Below are positions 38,451-52,267 of a DNA stretch of 64,000 nt, in pieces. The DNA comes from Octopus sinensis. Its lineage: Eukaryota. The stretch lies in contig NC_042997.1 of NCBI RefSeq assembly GCF_006345805.1, positions 124,620,001 through 124,684,000 of the forward strand. Reading direction: 5' to 3'. The notes under the pieces are model-generated. The model did not search any database, had not been told where the DNA came from, and saw only the letters and a list, made by a program, of their open reading frames with translations. The stretch's first letter is position 1. Each line of letters opens with the position of its first letter. The translations under genes were made by a program, and so were the position numbers.

Positions 38451-39481
38451 GCCGAAATGCTTAACAACAAACAAGATGAGGGCAAATATCCGTCGAATGT
38501 AAATAGTGTAAATAATGTAAATAATGTTTCTATTAGCCTTTAGTCTTTGTCATGTTTCATTCACTGTGCTACAGTCGTGCTGGGGCAAAATCGTCCCTGT
38601 AAAAATTATCTTATTCATCGTTTGTATCAATAAAAATGTGGAAATGAAGACACGATATTACATTTTGAAGTAACAAATGAATAGAATCACCAAGATAATT
38701 TGCCAGCCAGATAGATGAATACCAGTATACACTCTTGTTAAAGTACACTCAGCTATGGCTTATAGCAGAAGCTTTATTATCGTGCTAAGATATATGAAGA
38801 AATTACTGAGAAAAAATTATCGTCAGTAGAGTATGAGATTGCTGTAAGCAAAGTACTAAATGAAACAACGGAGAAAGAAGACGTCGTACAATCAAATCTT
38901 TTGTCATTAGTAAATATTTATTTTGACATTTTTTTCAATTTATTTATTTATCTATGTATTTATTTATTCAGTGAGTGATGATTCTGTCTTCGCTGTTCTT
39001 TGAGGATAATTGAAGGTAGAGGGTACCATTTGATGCGAACGTATCGTTTGAGATAGGTAGTAATTGAGATAGGACAAGATTTAAAGCTTTAATCAATCTT
39101 ATTAGGAAAGAAAACAAAAATACCACAGGAAACAATCGCAGAAAACGAGTCAATTGCCGTACATTAATAAACCGATATCAATATTGAATGCAAAAATTAT
39201 GTGTGCGTATGTGTGTGTGAATACGCGCCCGCGTATATGTATATATATATATAAAACGAGAGAAGGAGGGAAAAGAAGAAACAGAGTGGAGAGGAGAGAG
39301 GAAGAGATTAGGAGGATTCCGATTTGATTATTGTAGTAATCCACAAAAAAAAAGTATCTTAAGAAGAGAATATTGTATAATTAGATTCATATTCTTACAA
39401 CATAGTCACAATGCTCAGGGGAGACATGTTTCCTCTAAGGCTCCGCAAAGAAATTATCAAGACACTGTAACTAGAAATCAT

Positions 39482-39533
<52 letters not shown>

Positions 39534-39537
39534 TTGC

Positions 39538-39617
<80 letters not shown>

Positions 39618-40323
39618 ATTTCTATCTACGTATCTGTTTATCTCTCCTCTCTATCTATCTATCTCTCTATGTTTCTACCTATCTATCTATCTTTCTTTCT
39701 TTTTTTCACTTTCTCCTTAAATATTTATATGTGACAACACAAAAGAGGATGAGGAAAAGAGCAGGATAGTAGAAAAGGAGAGAGGTTGGAAAGACAGGAA
39801 GGGGTTGGTACATGGAATGAAAGAGAAAGAATGAGGCGGAGAGGTATATATAAAAAAGAGGACGACGGTCTAAATAAGAAAAAAGGAATTGAAAGAGGGA
39901 TAATAACATGATGTTGAAGGCAAAATTGAGAGAAAGAGAGGAATACTTAGTTAAAGTGAGGAAGGTATGTAGACGGAGCAAAAGAGTAATATAACGAATG
40001 ATGAAAAACGAGCTAATAATAGATTTAGGGAGAAGAGAAAAGAAGGGCCGGCATAGCACTGCCACTAGGAAAGAATTGTGAGCTAAAGAGCAAAGGTTGG
40101 ATTTTGATTATAATGCTAGAAACGATGACATTAGTAACAAATGTATTGCTATGGAATTGGGGATGCTAAGAACCACCTGTTTATTAGCATTTTAAAGAAA
40201 TAGTGGAACCCTAAATGAGGGAAGATCCTCAGCTATCTTCGTCCCCTTCTCCCCTCTCTCTCTCTCTTTATCTCTCTCCCCCTCTCTCACTGTCTCCTCT
40301 TCCCACTATAGTTCTTGTAATAC

Positions 40324-40647
40324 TTCAAATACCGCCGAGGCCGACCTTGCCTTTCATCCTTTCGGGATCGATACATTTAGTACCAGTTACACACTGCGGT
40401 CGATATAATCGACTTCATCCGTCTGAAATCTCCTTGTTTATCTCCTCTGTGTTTAGCCCCTTGTGGGTAGTAAAGAAATAGGTATTTCGTTTGTCTTTAT
40501 GTTCAGTGTTCAAATTCGGCCGCGGTTGATTTTGCCTTTCATCATTTCGAGGTTAATATATTAAGTACCAGTTGCGTACTGGAGCCTATTTAATTGACTG
40601 GCCCTCTTCCTCAAAATTTCCGGTCTCCTGCCTAGAGTAGAAAAGAA
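40324..40647 (+). mobile_element. Tandem dimer of SINE family 3 cores
   Basis: The core ttcaaat(a/t)c(c/g)gccg...tgcctttcatc...tcg(g/a)g...agtaccagtt occurs twice (about 40324-40395 and 40509-40575) with different tails. Confidence 0.85.
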
Positions 40648-40739
40648 TTTTATCTTTGCTACTAGTTCTATCTTTACTACTAGTGGTTTTATATTTCGTA
40701 TCTCACCTAAGTACAAAATAAATCCATCTATGATCTATT

Positions 40740-41195
40740 ATTACTTTTTATCTTGATGTATTTTTATTGTATACTTTACAAATATTTGTTAAAACCTTTT
40801 TTTCACTCTTAGCTTTATTTATAATAAAATCCGGTATATTTATTTTTATCTCTATCTCTTTATTTAAAATAAAGGTCTTGTAATTTTTTTCTGTACATTT
40901 ATACCTTTATAATTTTTATATATTTTTCTACTATTTTTTAATATTATTTTTTATCTGTTTATTTATAATGAAGATTTTGTTATTTTTTCTCTACCTATAT
41001 AATTTTATATTTTTTCATATCAATTTTATATTTTTTATATTTTGTATATTATTCTAATATTTTTTACTTATATTTTTATAGTTTTTATTTTTTTATTTTT
41101 ATAGTTTTTAAACCTTTATATATTTTATATTCTTTACAATTTTTTAATATATTCTTTTAAGTATTTTTTTTAATCTTTTATATATTTCTTTAAAG

Positions 41196-41278
<83 letters not shown>

Positions 41279-41500
41279 CAGTTTATACTTTATATAACTT
41301 GTACATTTTATGTTTATATCCTTATATTTTAAACACATTATATTCCTCATTAGCTTATGAGCCTAAATTCTATGTGTTTATATTTAATACACTCCTTTGT
41401 ATAATTTTAGCTTTTTTCTTCACATTCTTCTAAAAATTTTAAATATAATTAATTTATCACCTGTATATCTAATTTATAAATTTATTTTGATGTTATAAAA
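40740..41500. repeat. Extremely AT-rich, T-skewed low-complexity tract with an embedded (TA)n
   Basis: Almost only T and A on the plus strand (tttatatttttt-like units) for about 750 bp. Confidence 0.85.
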
Positions 41501-41787
41501 TTATAACTATACTGAATTGTATTAGTCCCCTCCAACTTTTTTTTTCCTATTGTGATTTGATTACCACCCTTATTTTATTTCATTTTAGTATTTTATTCCA
41601 TTATTTCTCAAGGTCTTTAATACGCTAATGAATATAAGTAAAATTCAGCTTTCTCTATCTTACTTCTCACTAACAAATTCTTTCCATCACTCACTCTTAT
41701 TACTACCCTGTGCCTTGTACATTTTACGAATATTAAACCGGCATATAGTCCTATCAAACTTATGATTTAGTAGGTTGCCCAACACTA

Positions 41788-41965
41788 ATTTTTCGAGTCG
41801 AAACCAGGTGATTTCTAACAACGAGTTATTAAAATTCTTGTTGGACGTTGGGAAGAAGTTGTAAACAACAAGGGTGAATACATTATTGATTAATTATTTA
41901 TTTTTTATCAAACCTTTTGAAATATTTAAATTTAAAAAACGATGGGAACTTAGTTGCCAACCTAA
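41788..41965 (+). mobile_element. Mariner element 3' end (transposase C-terminus plus right TIR)
   Basis: FFESKPGDF*QRVIKILVGRWEEVVNNKGEYIID* matches the mariner C-terminus (GIxKLxxRWxxxVxxxGxY). It is followed by TIR-like aacgatgggaacttagttgccaacctaa and TA. Confidence 0.88.
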
Positions 41966-42029
41966 TATATATAATGGATAATAAAACGAATGGTTTACAC
42001 CTGGTAGATTACTGGTAAAGATCGGTCTC

Positions 42030-42350
42030 TTTCACAATGATCGTTATATATATGTTCATTTCGCATTTTGCCATCTGCGATTTTATTTTTGATCTTCTTC
42101 ATAAACGAAGATATTTCCTCCGTCTGGCTTTTTTTTTCTTTCTACAAAATGGGAAGTTACTTTGCAGAACAATCATTTTAACGAGTTGTATTTATTTATC
42201 GCTCAACGAGATACATCTGCACCACCGGATGCTCCTGAACCAGTTGTTGAGTGTCCCAGTCATGAGGAATCGATGCTAGATATGTCGAAACAATTGTCGT
42301 GATTAGTAATGAATTCTCGTATATTCCTTCTTCCGTCTTTCATTTTCATA
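42030..42350 (+). mobile_element. Possible decayed PLE 3' region
   Basis: Contains gtcatgagg...cGAAA-CAATTG-TC (hammerhead-like, core mutated) and ends in a (TA)n tract. Confidence 0.35.
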
Positions 42351-42449
42351 TGTATATATATATATATAATTCTTAAGCAAGAACATTATTCACAGTAACT
42401 TCGAACTGAGCACAAAAACAAACATTAATATATATCTCTTTCTCACTCA

Positions 42450-42618
<169 letters not shown>

Positions 42619-43479
42619 TCATGCGTGTATGTGTGTGTGTGCACATGTGTTTGCGTGTATATTTATGCTATATGTATTAATGTATCAGTCATGATGTAAT
42701 TGTATTCAGTGGATGTTCTGCTGGGGATATTTTACTAATAATCTTTGTATTGGAATCTATTAATACACTCACCACCAATCTTTTTAGCAATATTTCTTCA
42801 ACAGTAGTTATTCCTCCTAACGGGTGGTAAACTGTGTACTAGAATTCTTAATGAAATAAGCCAACACATATTTAATTAATTAAAGTTACACAGTGATGAG
42901 AAAAATAATTTGTGAAATGACTAATTATGAATGATATTTTATATTGTTTTAACAACGTCATGCCGTAAAAGAAGATGATATCTTAATTATATTCTAATGC
43001 AGCTGCTTTTAACATCTGTCGTCCATATATATTTGACATGTTTATACAGAGCAATGTAATGATATAGTGATGTGTAAGTATGCTACATTCTGATATATAT
43101 AGCAGCAAATAGAAATCATATATATTTAAAATACCTAAAATTACTACTGTTGTCATAGTAACAAGCCAAAGGCAACGGTTTGTCACAATTTAACTCTTGG
43201 AACTTGTCTCATTTCTCTTTTGGATTGAGATGGAAGTATTTCAATATTTAATCATATCAATCTATTCACACGGAATTATAATTTTATTTCTTCAATTATT
43301 GATACAGGCGTCACTTAATTACTTATTTATTTAATATTTTATAATTAATGAAACTTTCACTTTGCTAAGATGTTTCCATCAGAATCATTTCAAAGAATAT
43401 TTAAATTACACTTGTCCCAATTCTAATTAATTTCAGATTGAATAAGTATTGCATTTTGTCAGAAGGTTTGCGGAGTTAT

Positions 43480-43600
43480 TCCGTCCATTTCCGGTGCTGT
43501 TGATCAACGCATCCCAGGTTTTTCTGTCCATTGCTGTTGTTTTGAATATCAGGTCACATCGGATGTTATATTTTAGAGAATTTCCCCATTGTAACTGACC
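43480..43600 (-). pseudogene. Possible RTE-clade LINE ORF C-terminal relic
   Basis: Minus LQWGNSLKYNIRCDLIFKTTAMDRKTWDALI resembles the RTE/BovB end (RWxDxIxxDL...AMDRxxWRxxI). Short. Confidence 0.35.
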
Positions 43601-43787
43601 AAAAAAAAAACAAAATCTTACATTAACCTTATTGGCAGAAACACCCAACAGGAAATTGAGGATCTGTGAAAGTTAAAGGGAGACGTATATTCCTGGCGCG
43701 CAGTGGTAAAACGTATCTCCGTTTCAGTAGGTTGCAGCAGCAGCAACAGTAGTCGTAGTAGTAGTAGTAATAGTAGTAGTAGTAGTA

Positions 43788-43829
<42 letters not shown>

Positions 43830-43843
43830 CAGCAGCAACAGCT

Positions 43844-43878
<35 letters not shown>

Positions 43879-44107
43879 TCCTACTATTCTTATCACCATC
43901 TCGTCGTCATCTATGTTTGTTGTTTGTGCCTGTGACAAAGGTCGAATAATTTGAATCATCGCGAAAATATTTTTTTCGAAAGTCATCATGAATGGCAGTA
44001 AAGGAATACCGCTTGTGCATGATTCTCAATCACGACTGAACTTACTTTCCTTTCCTTTCATCTCTCCCTTTATTACTTTCTCTACATCTCTCTCTCTCTT
44101 TCTCTCC

Positions 44108-44144
<37 letters not shown>

Positions 44145-44847
44145 TTCTGTCTTCTTTCCACCCTCTTCTCTCCCTCTCAAATATAGCAGAATTCTACGTC
44201 TTGAGTTGACACCTCTTAGATTGTTAATCTTTAATTCATTTCATCTCCAACCAAAGTACAACCCTTTAATCTTATCTACTGCAGTAATAGTAGAAGGAAC
44301 TCTCAAAATAAACACGATAATAAGATATTTTTACGATACAATCGTTGCCAAATATAATATTCTTCTGACCTCCAAGCTTTGTGGAAGCGAAGAAATTAAG
44401 CTCAGATCACAGACGTAGTCTGAACAAATGCAACAGAATGTACTCCACTAAAATCAGCAAAAATTTCATAAAGAGAGCAACGCGTTTAGGGTACTGTCTA
44501 AAAGCGGGTACGGCTCATTCAGTGTGCTACTGTAAAGTTTCTGTATATTTACTTCATAAGATTTAACCACCTCAAAGCTATGGGAGAGGACAGTTAGCCA
44601 ACTCTTTCCCAAAATGCGATAAGATGAAACCTAGAAGCCCTTGATTCGGACACAATCGTTTTTAAATACTTGTTCAAGTTCATGAATGCAATTTCCGACT
44701 CAGATTTTAGATTACAACTGAAGAGCTTCTTTCTCTAAAAGCATTAAAGTATTCCAGTTGCGGATAAAACTTATTTTATAAAATAAGTTTTCCACAATGC
44801 TTCCATCGTACATGTTTTGTTTATAGTGAGAAGTATGTGGGTTATAT

Positions 44848-44962
<115 letters not shown>

Positions 44963-44977
44963 ACAGAGAGAGAGAGA

Positions 44978-45060
44978 GGAGTGACTCTGCGGTAAGTAGC
45001 TTGCTTACCAAACACATAGCTCTGGGTTCAGTCCCACTGCGTGGTACCTTGGGCAAGTGT
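44978..45060 (+). mobile_element. SINE family 1, tRNA head only
   Basis: ggagtgactctgcggtaagtagcttgcttacc...gggttcagtcccactgcgtggtaccttgggcaagtgt, then truncated. Confidence 0.85.
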
Positions 45061-47699
45061 ATATAAAGAAAACTGAACCCCCTTTTAATTTAGGTATCTT
45101 GACAATAGGCATATAGTAATGATAGTCATGAGATAAAATCTGTCCACAATTATATATTCACTCGACCAACGGCGATTTTCATAATCAATATCCAACTTAT
45201 ATTTGCATCTCTACATGGAGGAGTGCAGATCTCTTAATAACTTTGTACAGGGGTGCATAGTGATGAGCTCGGAGAAAGAAGAAACATTGTTTTGTAGGTG
45301 ATCTACTTAGTGCATGTAGTATGGAGTTTAATGCAAAGCAGGCAGTGAATGTGGAAGGTTTTTGCAAGTGCCTACGGCTTACAAATCCATTAGGGTTAAA
45401 AGTGACGGAAAGAAAGATTGTGCGGAATCAGTAGTTTTCATTTTGACAAGAAACGTAAATAATCACACACTATGTATCTCAATGTCCAAGTTTTCACTCT
45501 GGCAATCATAAGCTATTCCTGTGAAGCGTTCTTCATACTGTCATCGTCGTCGTCGTCGTCGTCTTTGTTGTTTAGCTCTAAACAGATTCATGATTCTATG
45601 CACATTCTACTTAAAACCAGTCAGTTCTTTCATTCACCCAATAAACAAACAGATAACCGAAACCATCTTTGTAGACATGTCCCTTCACAATTGCCATGTA
45701 TTTCAATCTTCACAGCCACGATACCTCATGAAGTTCACTCAATACTCCACTGCATTAGTTCCGGCAAAAATATTCTACAACGCTTGGAGAAATCACAACC
45801 CTACAAACTAAATTGCTTTTACCCCGCACTGTAACTCTTACAAGATAATTATGCGAACCGCAAAAGATGCTTCAATGCACTGCGCAGCCTTCAAGCACTC
45901 TTGTTCCACAATTTGCATATCTAAGACATTAGCTTATGTCCTCTTCTTCTCAAGGTATTAAAGTCTATATCAGCTTCTATTTCTAGGTCATTAACCAACT
46001 ACGTTAAGGCTTCCGCGTTAGTTTTCTTTTTAGATGGTAAAACTGAATTGTAGATAGTGAAATGCTATAGAATTATCGATATGGAGAAATATCTGACATT
46101 GGTGTTATCGAGAATAATTCCAAACAGTTTTAACGAATGAACAAATATTTACCAAATTGATTGTATGATAGCATTGATAGGTGTTTCCATAAACTTGGTA
46201 GGTGTTACCTTCTGGTGTAAAAAATGCGTAGCGTAATTCTATAAACAAACACAGCCTTGCAGATAAGATTTCTTTTCGATCGTAATAATCCTTCCACACA
46301 AACGAATTAGTATAAAGTATCAAATACTAATTTCGTTATTTGATATCTAATACAGTTAAGTCTATAACACATCATGGAATCCATCGTAGCAGAGAAGTAT
46401 AATTATCTGGTGAGTTTAACGTGGGAAGAATTGTTATATACGTCACCAACACGTCCATCCGATAATTTGATCCTCCGTAATTAAACGGTCGAAGACACTG
46501 ATACCAACCCGAGTAGTGGATGACTTTCTACTGCTTCTTCGAATTAATAATCGGAAGACGTGAAAGTACGGGTCAATTTAATGAAACCTAGTCACAATAT
46601 TATAACCAATGCTTATATTCACAGTTTGGTATACTCATCGAATGTTAAATGTATTTTGCTTTTAATAAGATGCCCAGCTGCTGAAAATTACCACCAGGGT
46701 TCTTTTTGCATATAGTCAAAAGCAAAGGTGCACACGTTTGATTGTTGATTAACATATTTTTCTGTAGTCTTGTTGCTTGTGACTTAAAGAATTTCCCTTT
46801 TATTTTCGTCTTACGTGACATGCATTTCACAACAGCCGCTAATACTACTACCTGGTTAATGAAAGCTTTTAGCGAGGGTTTGTTTTGTTTCAATCATTCT
46901 AACCGGGATCCCAGTAGAGTATTATCAGTATTTCACTCGGATTGATGCACACTTTACGCTTTTCTACATGCTAAGCACTATAATTATATTCGCTGGATCA
47001 TTTCCCCTCTTTTCGCACATCCAATCTGAAATTCCCTCCTGACACCGGTTTTTACAGCTTCCGAATTCTTTCACTTCAAAATGAACGTTAACTTCACTAA
47101 TCTCACCGAATTTATGTTCCCATGTTTTAATCTGTCCGTAACATTCTCAACATTTTTCTTGTTTTTTTTTCTTCTTTCTAACAGAAAAGCTTTAAGTGGA
47201 ATGCATCCTTAAATGTGGATCTGAAGGCTGCAAACGTTGCTTCAAGCCATCATATCACATATTACCACGTAAAAGCATGCCCTTTTTATTAGAACGAAAC
47301 TGAGGTTTATACAATAATTAGAATATCACGAATACCACCAAAGTCACAGAACACTAAAAATTTAAAAATTAAAGGCATTATTCTTACTAAAACTTTTAAT
47401 ACTAAATTCCATCAAGAATAGAGGAGTGCTAGACACTAATTGGTTAACATAACACTATCAATATGCGCTTGTCATTTTTCTGATCTTCATATAACTGTAC
47501 ATATCAATCCTAAGCTTAATCTATATTTTCTCATGATAAAGTCTTACGAAGCCAATATAATGAAATACAAGATGAGGGTGTAAATCATTGTTTTGCGCTT
47601 GTTTCCATTTCGTTATTTCTAAATTCCACTGCAATGGCCTTCTAAAATAAATTTAACTCATTCTTTACAGTGTTTGATGTAAACTATGCTACTAGACTT

Positions 47700-47813
<114 letters not shown>

Positions 47814-48179
47814 CGTATATTGTACACAAACTTGCGTACTTGTATATCGTTCCTCTTCAGGTATTTGTTTAATGTAGCAAAAGTCGAAAACATCATCGAG
47901 AAAACCGACAAACCGGTACTTTCTAACGACAATCCCTTGTGTGGTATTTGTTCTGCCCGAGTAGCACAGACAGTCTCTTGATACTTTCATCATTGCAAAT
48001 GCATTGAACCAGTTATTGACCTGTTTGGAAGATGTCTATACTTATTGTTCACAAAATGTGATATAAGAATAAATTTTTTTTTAGAAAATAAGTATTTATT
48101 TATTCACTAAATCTCACATCATTGTCATTAACACCAAGATAAACAGTCTTAGTCTCTGATGTTCGGTCCCATCTATGGT

Positions 48180-48279
48180 TATGATAACGACGATGATGAT
48201 AATCGTCATCATCATCATCATCAACATCACCATCACCATCACCATCATCACCATCACCATCATCACCATCATCATCATC

Positions 48280-48311
<32 letters not shown>

Positions 48312-48512
48312 CACCATCACCATCACATTCATCATCATCATCATCATCATCATCACCATCACATTCATCATCATCATCATCATCACCATCACATTCATCA
48401 TCATCACCACCATCACATTCATCATCATCATCATCACCATCACATTCATCATGATCATGACATGATCATGATCATGATCATCATGATCATCATCATCATC
48501 ATCATCATCATT
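48180..48512. repeat. Compound (CAT/CAC)n microsatellite with recurring caccatcacatt subunits
   Basis: Direct inspection; produces the poly-His, poly-Met and poly-Ile ORFs in the track. Confidence 0.95.
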
Positions 48513-49335
48513 ATTGTTATCAACATCACCGTAGATAATGACAGCGCAGTAGACGAATCCACTTTAACAACATCATATTCTTCACCGTTGAAGTGTATAT
48601 TTAATCAAATATCAAACATCAAAGGATGGAAGTATTGTAGAAAAGTTTGAAAACCACTTTAAAATACCTTCCAGTCTTCCGTCACGTCTGTAATATAGTG
48701 AGTGAAAATTCCAGCCAGGTCATCTTTCAGTGACATACTCCAATGTCAATAAGTATCAGTTAAGTAATGCACTCAATTAAATTGTCTGCAGCCCTTTCTC
48801 TATTGTCTTCGAGTTTGTGCCAGCGTTAGAAATATACGTTTTTATATTAAAAGTCATATGAATGATGTATCTTTTTGTGTTTGAGGAATCATCAAGGCTG
48901 GCTATAGTGGCTTAAACCTGCAAATGTATTTCATTTCATATATCATAGATAAGCAAATGGAGTGATATGGAATGGAAATTTGACAAGACAGTCAGTTGCC
49001 CACTGATACTCGTTGACGCTACATCGAAGATGCCAGGGAACAGAAGAAAGAAGAAAGAAGACATAGACACCTCCGAAAGGGAAGGGCCGCCACGTCAAAA
49101 TGGTAGAGGAGTAGGGGCCGAAACCGGACGTGGTTCCTCCTGATGATGTCTTGAGCTAACTGGATCCTATAAAGGAGCTGTTGTGGTAGCAGACCACAAA
49201 ACACGTTTGAATTCCTCGCAGATGATTTAGTTTATGGGAATCATGTTTTGAATCGTTTTGTTTAATAATTTAAAACATGATTTTAACTCGAATAATTTTT
49301 TAACTGACAAGAATAATAATCATAATGGGGAGCAT

Positions 49336-50015
49336 TGGGCTCGCTTCAATTTGGCTCACATATTGTTTTGATTATTTTTTTTAACTAAACAGTTTAAAAC
49401 TTCGTATACTGGTGTAATTTCTCACACTGAACACGGTTGACTTTCAACAGTAGTGACATAATTTAGTATTTTAGAAGTTATGTCACGTTAAAGTAGTCGT
49501 ATTTGGGTAATTTTAACCCAATCAACGATGTGTTTTCAGCTGAAGAAACCTACTGATGTTTGTGATAGTAATAGAAGAGCAACAACTTCCGAATAATCTC
49601 TACTAAATGTATTTTTCAACCACGTGTGGATTATTCGGTAAGTTCTTTAACTTGGCTGTACTTTTTGGCTTACATGTGGCTATTTTTACTTACTGCTTGT
49701 GACAAGTTTCACAACTTTGTTCTATTTTATTCTTGTTTACTGCCTGTGTTGATTATTAAACGCTTTGTTTTGGGGGTTTTTTAACCGGAAGTTGTTACTA
49801 TCGCAAACAACAGTGGGTTTCTTCAGCTGAATGCACGTCTTTGATTGGTTAATATCACCCAAATACGACAAATTTAACACGAAATAACTTCAAAAATACT
49901 AACTTTTGCCAAAAATGTTGAAAGTAGACCGTGTTCAACGTGAGAAATTACACCAGTATACAAAGTTTCAAACTATTTAGTTAAAAAATCTGTGAGCCAA
50001 ACTGAAGAGATCCGA
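49336..50015. mobile_element. MITE-like element with long imperfect terminal inverted repeats (about 240 bp)
   Basis: 49345-49580 (ttcaatttggctcaca...gtatactggtgtaatttctcac...cagctgaagaaacc...caacttccg) pairs with 49785-50008 (cggaagttg...ggtttcttcagctg...gtgagaaattacaccagtatac...tgtgagccaaactgaa). No ORF. Confidence 0.85.
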
Positions 50016-50269
50016 ACATATTATTTTGAATTGGCGAAAGAATAAATAAGGAAGATAAGAATACTATTAATAATAAATGTGGTGACAATGATGATGTAGA
50101 TGACGACAGCGAGAAGGAGGAGAGATAAATGATGATGAAGTGGAGGAGAATGATTGTAGTATTGATGCACCTTGACCTGATTATTATGTTGATGACTTCC
50201 CATTGACTGAAGGTGAAATTGAGGTCAGTATCAAAGTGAGCAAGCCATCACTAAATTACGAACTGTAAT

Positions 50270-50292
50270 GCAGCAATAACAACAGTAGCATC

Positions 50293-50356
<64 letters not shown>

Positions 50357-50609
50357 TAGTAGTAGTAGTAGTAGTGGTGGTGGAGGTGGTGGTGGTGGTT
50401 TTAGTAGTATTGGTAGTAGTAGTAGTAATAGTTGTAGAAGTGGTAGTAGTAGGGGTAGTAGTAGCGGTGGTGGTGGTGGTGGTAGTTTTAGTAGTAGTGG
50501 TAGTAGTAGTGGTAGTAGTAGTAGTAGTGGTAGTAGTAGTAGTAGGGGTAGAAGTAGCGGTGGTGGTGGTGGTGGTGGTGGTACTGGTGGTAATAGTAGT
50601 AGTAATAGC

Positions 50610-50675
<66 letters not shown>

Positions 50676-50692
50676 TGTTGTTGTTGTTGTAA
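50270..50692. repeat. Compound (AGT/GGT/GTT)n microsatellite
   Basis: Direct inspection; explains the Thr-, Val- and Leu-rich ORFs 50256..50730. Confidence 0.95.
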
Positions 50693-52196
50693 GTACCGTC
50701 TTACCAACAAGCCCACTCACTGCCACTTAACAAAATAGCGAAGCGAGATCTTTTACAATGCGAAAAAAAAAATGCTTATTAAGCTCCTTATATACTTCTG
50801 GTACAAAAGCCAATCATCACAAATAAACAGTAAAAAAAAAATGTTAGTTTATACAGTAACAACCATGTATAGACATAAATGTTTCGTCGTAAGAAGTTTT
50901 ATGCCTTCAGGATTTTGTTATTTTACTTTATCACAATGATTCAAGCAAGCTACAACAATCTTCTTTTCGAGTTACAACGTTCTTCTTGATGTTATGCGTC
51001 GCCGCAATTATGACTAAGCTTGAGACAAGTCATAAAACACTAAAAATACAAAAGTCTACACATTCTGAGATTGTTGCTGTTAGTGTTTAGCTGCAGGTCA
51101 GTCCTGATCGTGCACGCTTTTGGCTAAAGACATTCCAGTCGTCACTATTTAACTGGGTTTCTTATGTGCAAATAACGTAGAACCACATTATTCAACATAT
51201 CGTTTTCAAAGATGATAGATTCAGATTTCGATCTTCTTCGAATGTTCGTCACACTTTCTGATGGCCTCTTATGACGATCAACATCGTCAACATTGCAACT
51301 CATAACTACAGGATGCGACAGAAAAACGCCCCATATTTTACAGTGACATTGGTGTAACGTTTTAAAAACTTTTTTTTTTTGAAATAGTGAAATAATTCCA
51401 GAAATTCAGCTTGGAAAAGTATATTACTGTGCAAAATTATAAAATTTTCGAACAACTTAAATTTTTGAAATGCTAGCAGCCAAACCAACTAGATCTGAAT
51501 TATCTTTATCTAAAACTAAATTTTCTCACCGACCCTTAAAATACTACTCAAGACACCAAACTACTAGTTTGCTTACGTGGAGCCCCAAAAATCTTATACG
51601 ACCTACAGGTGTCGTATGAGCCCCGGCTGAGAGCTACTGCTCTGTGTAACTATTTGATCAGCTAAAAGTAGAGACCAAGGCTTCAAACCACATTCACGTC
51701 AGACTTTGTCAAGGATGCAGCAATTTTGATTGCATAACTACAAGTCCAACATATATATATATATAAGTTTATGAATTTGTCTTGCAAGAGCCCTGATGCG
51801 AAATCGTGTGTTGAGACAGATATTGTTGTATTTCGGAATGGTCATTTTTTTGCCAAATAACCACACGCTTTATTCTTCACTCGTTTATTATTGTTCTTAT
51901 TCTAACTCATATCTACCTCATACACACATGTACACATACACACACACAAACAAACACAGATGCAAACACATGCGCACATAGGGATACACAATAAGTAGGA
52001 CAAGAACACACGTGAAGACGAAAAGAGTCGTTGAAGAGGTCACAGATGTGTGACAATGCTCATGAGTAAGAAGCAGAAAAGTAATAAACGAGGGAAGAGC
52101 AAATATATAGTGCATGTGTTCATTTGTAAAAAGAAATGACCATTCCGAAATACAATATATATACACACACACATATATATGTATGTGCATATATAC

Positions 52197-52267
<71 letters not shown>

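Noticed and set aside
38770-38970. Stop-free acidic stretch (KLYYRAKIYEEITEKK...NETTEKEDVVQ) faintly like a hAT DETTD region
   Set aside because: Catalytic residues are absent, and there are no TIRs or further motifs.
48159-48650. 163-aa poly-histidine ORF
   Set aside because: Translation of a (CAT/CAC)n microsatellite; open in several frames on both strands.
49115-49150. GAAA...CTGATGA arrangement resembling a type-II hammerhead
   Set aside because: No room for helix I and no helix-II complementarity.
50256-50730. Mucin-like Thr-rich ORF
   Set aside because: Pure (ACT/ACC)n microsatellite with no splice or signal context.
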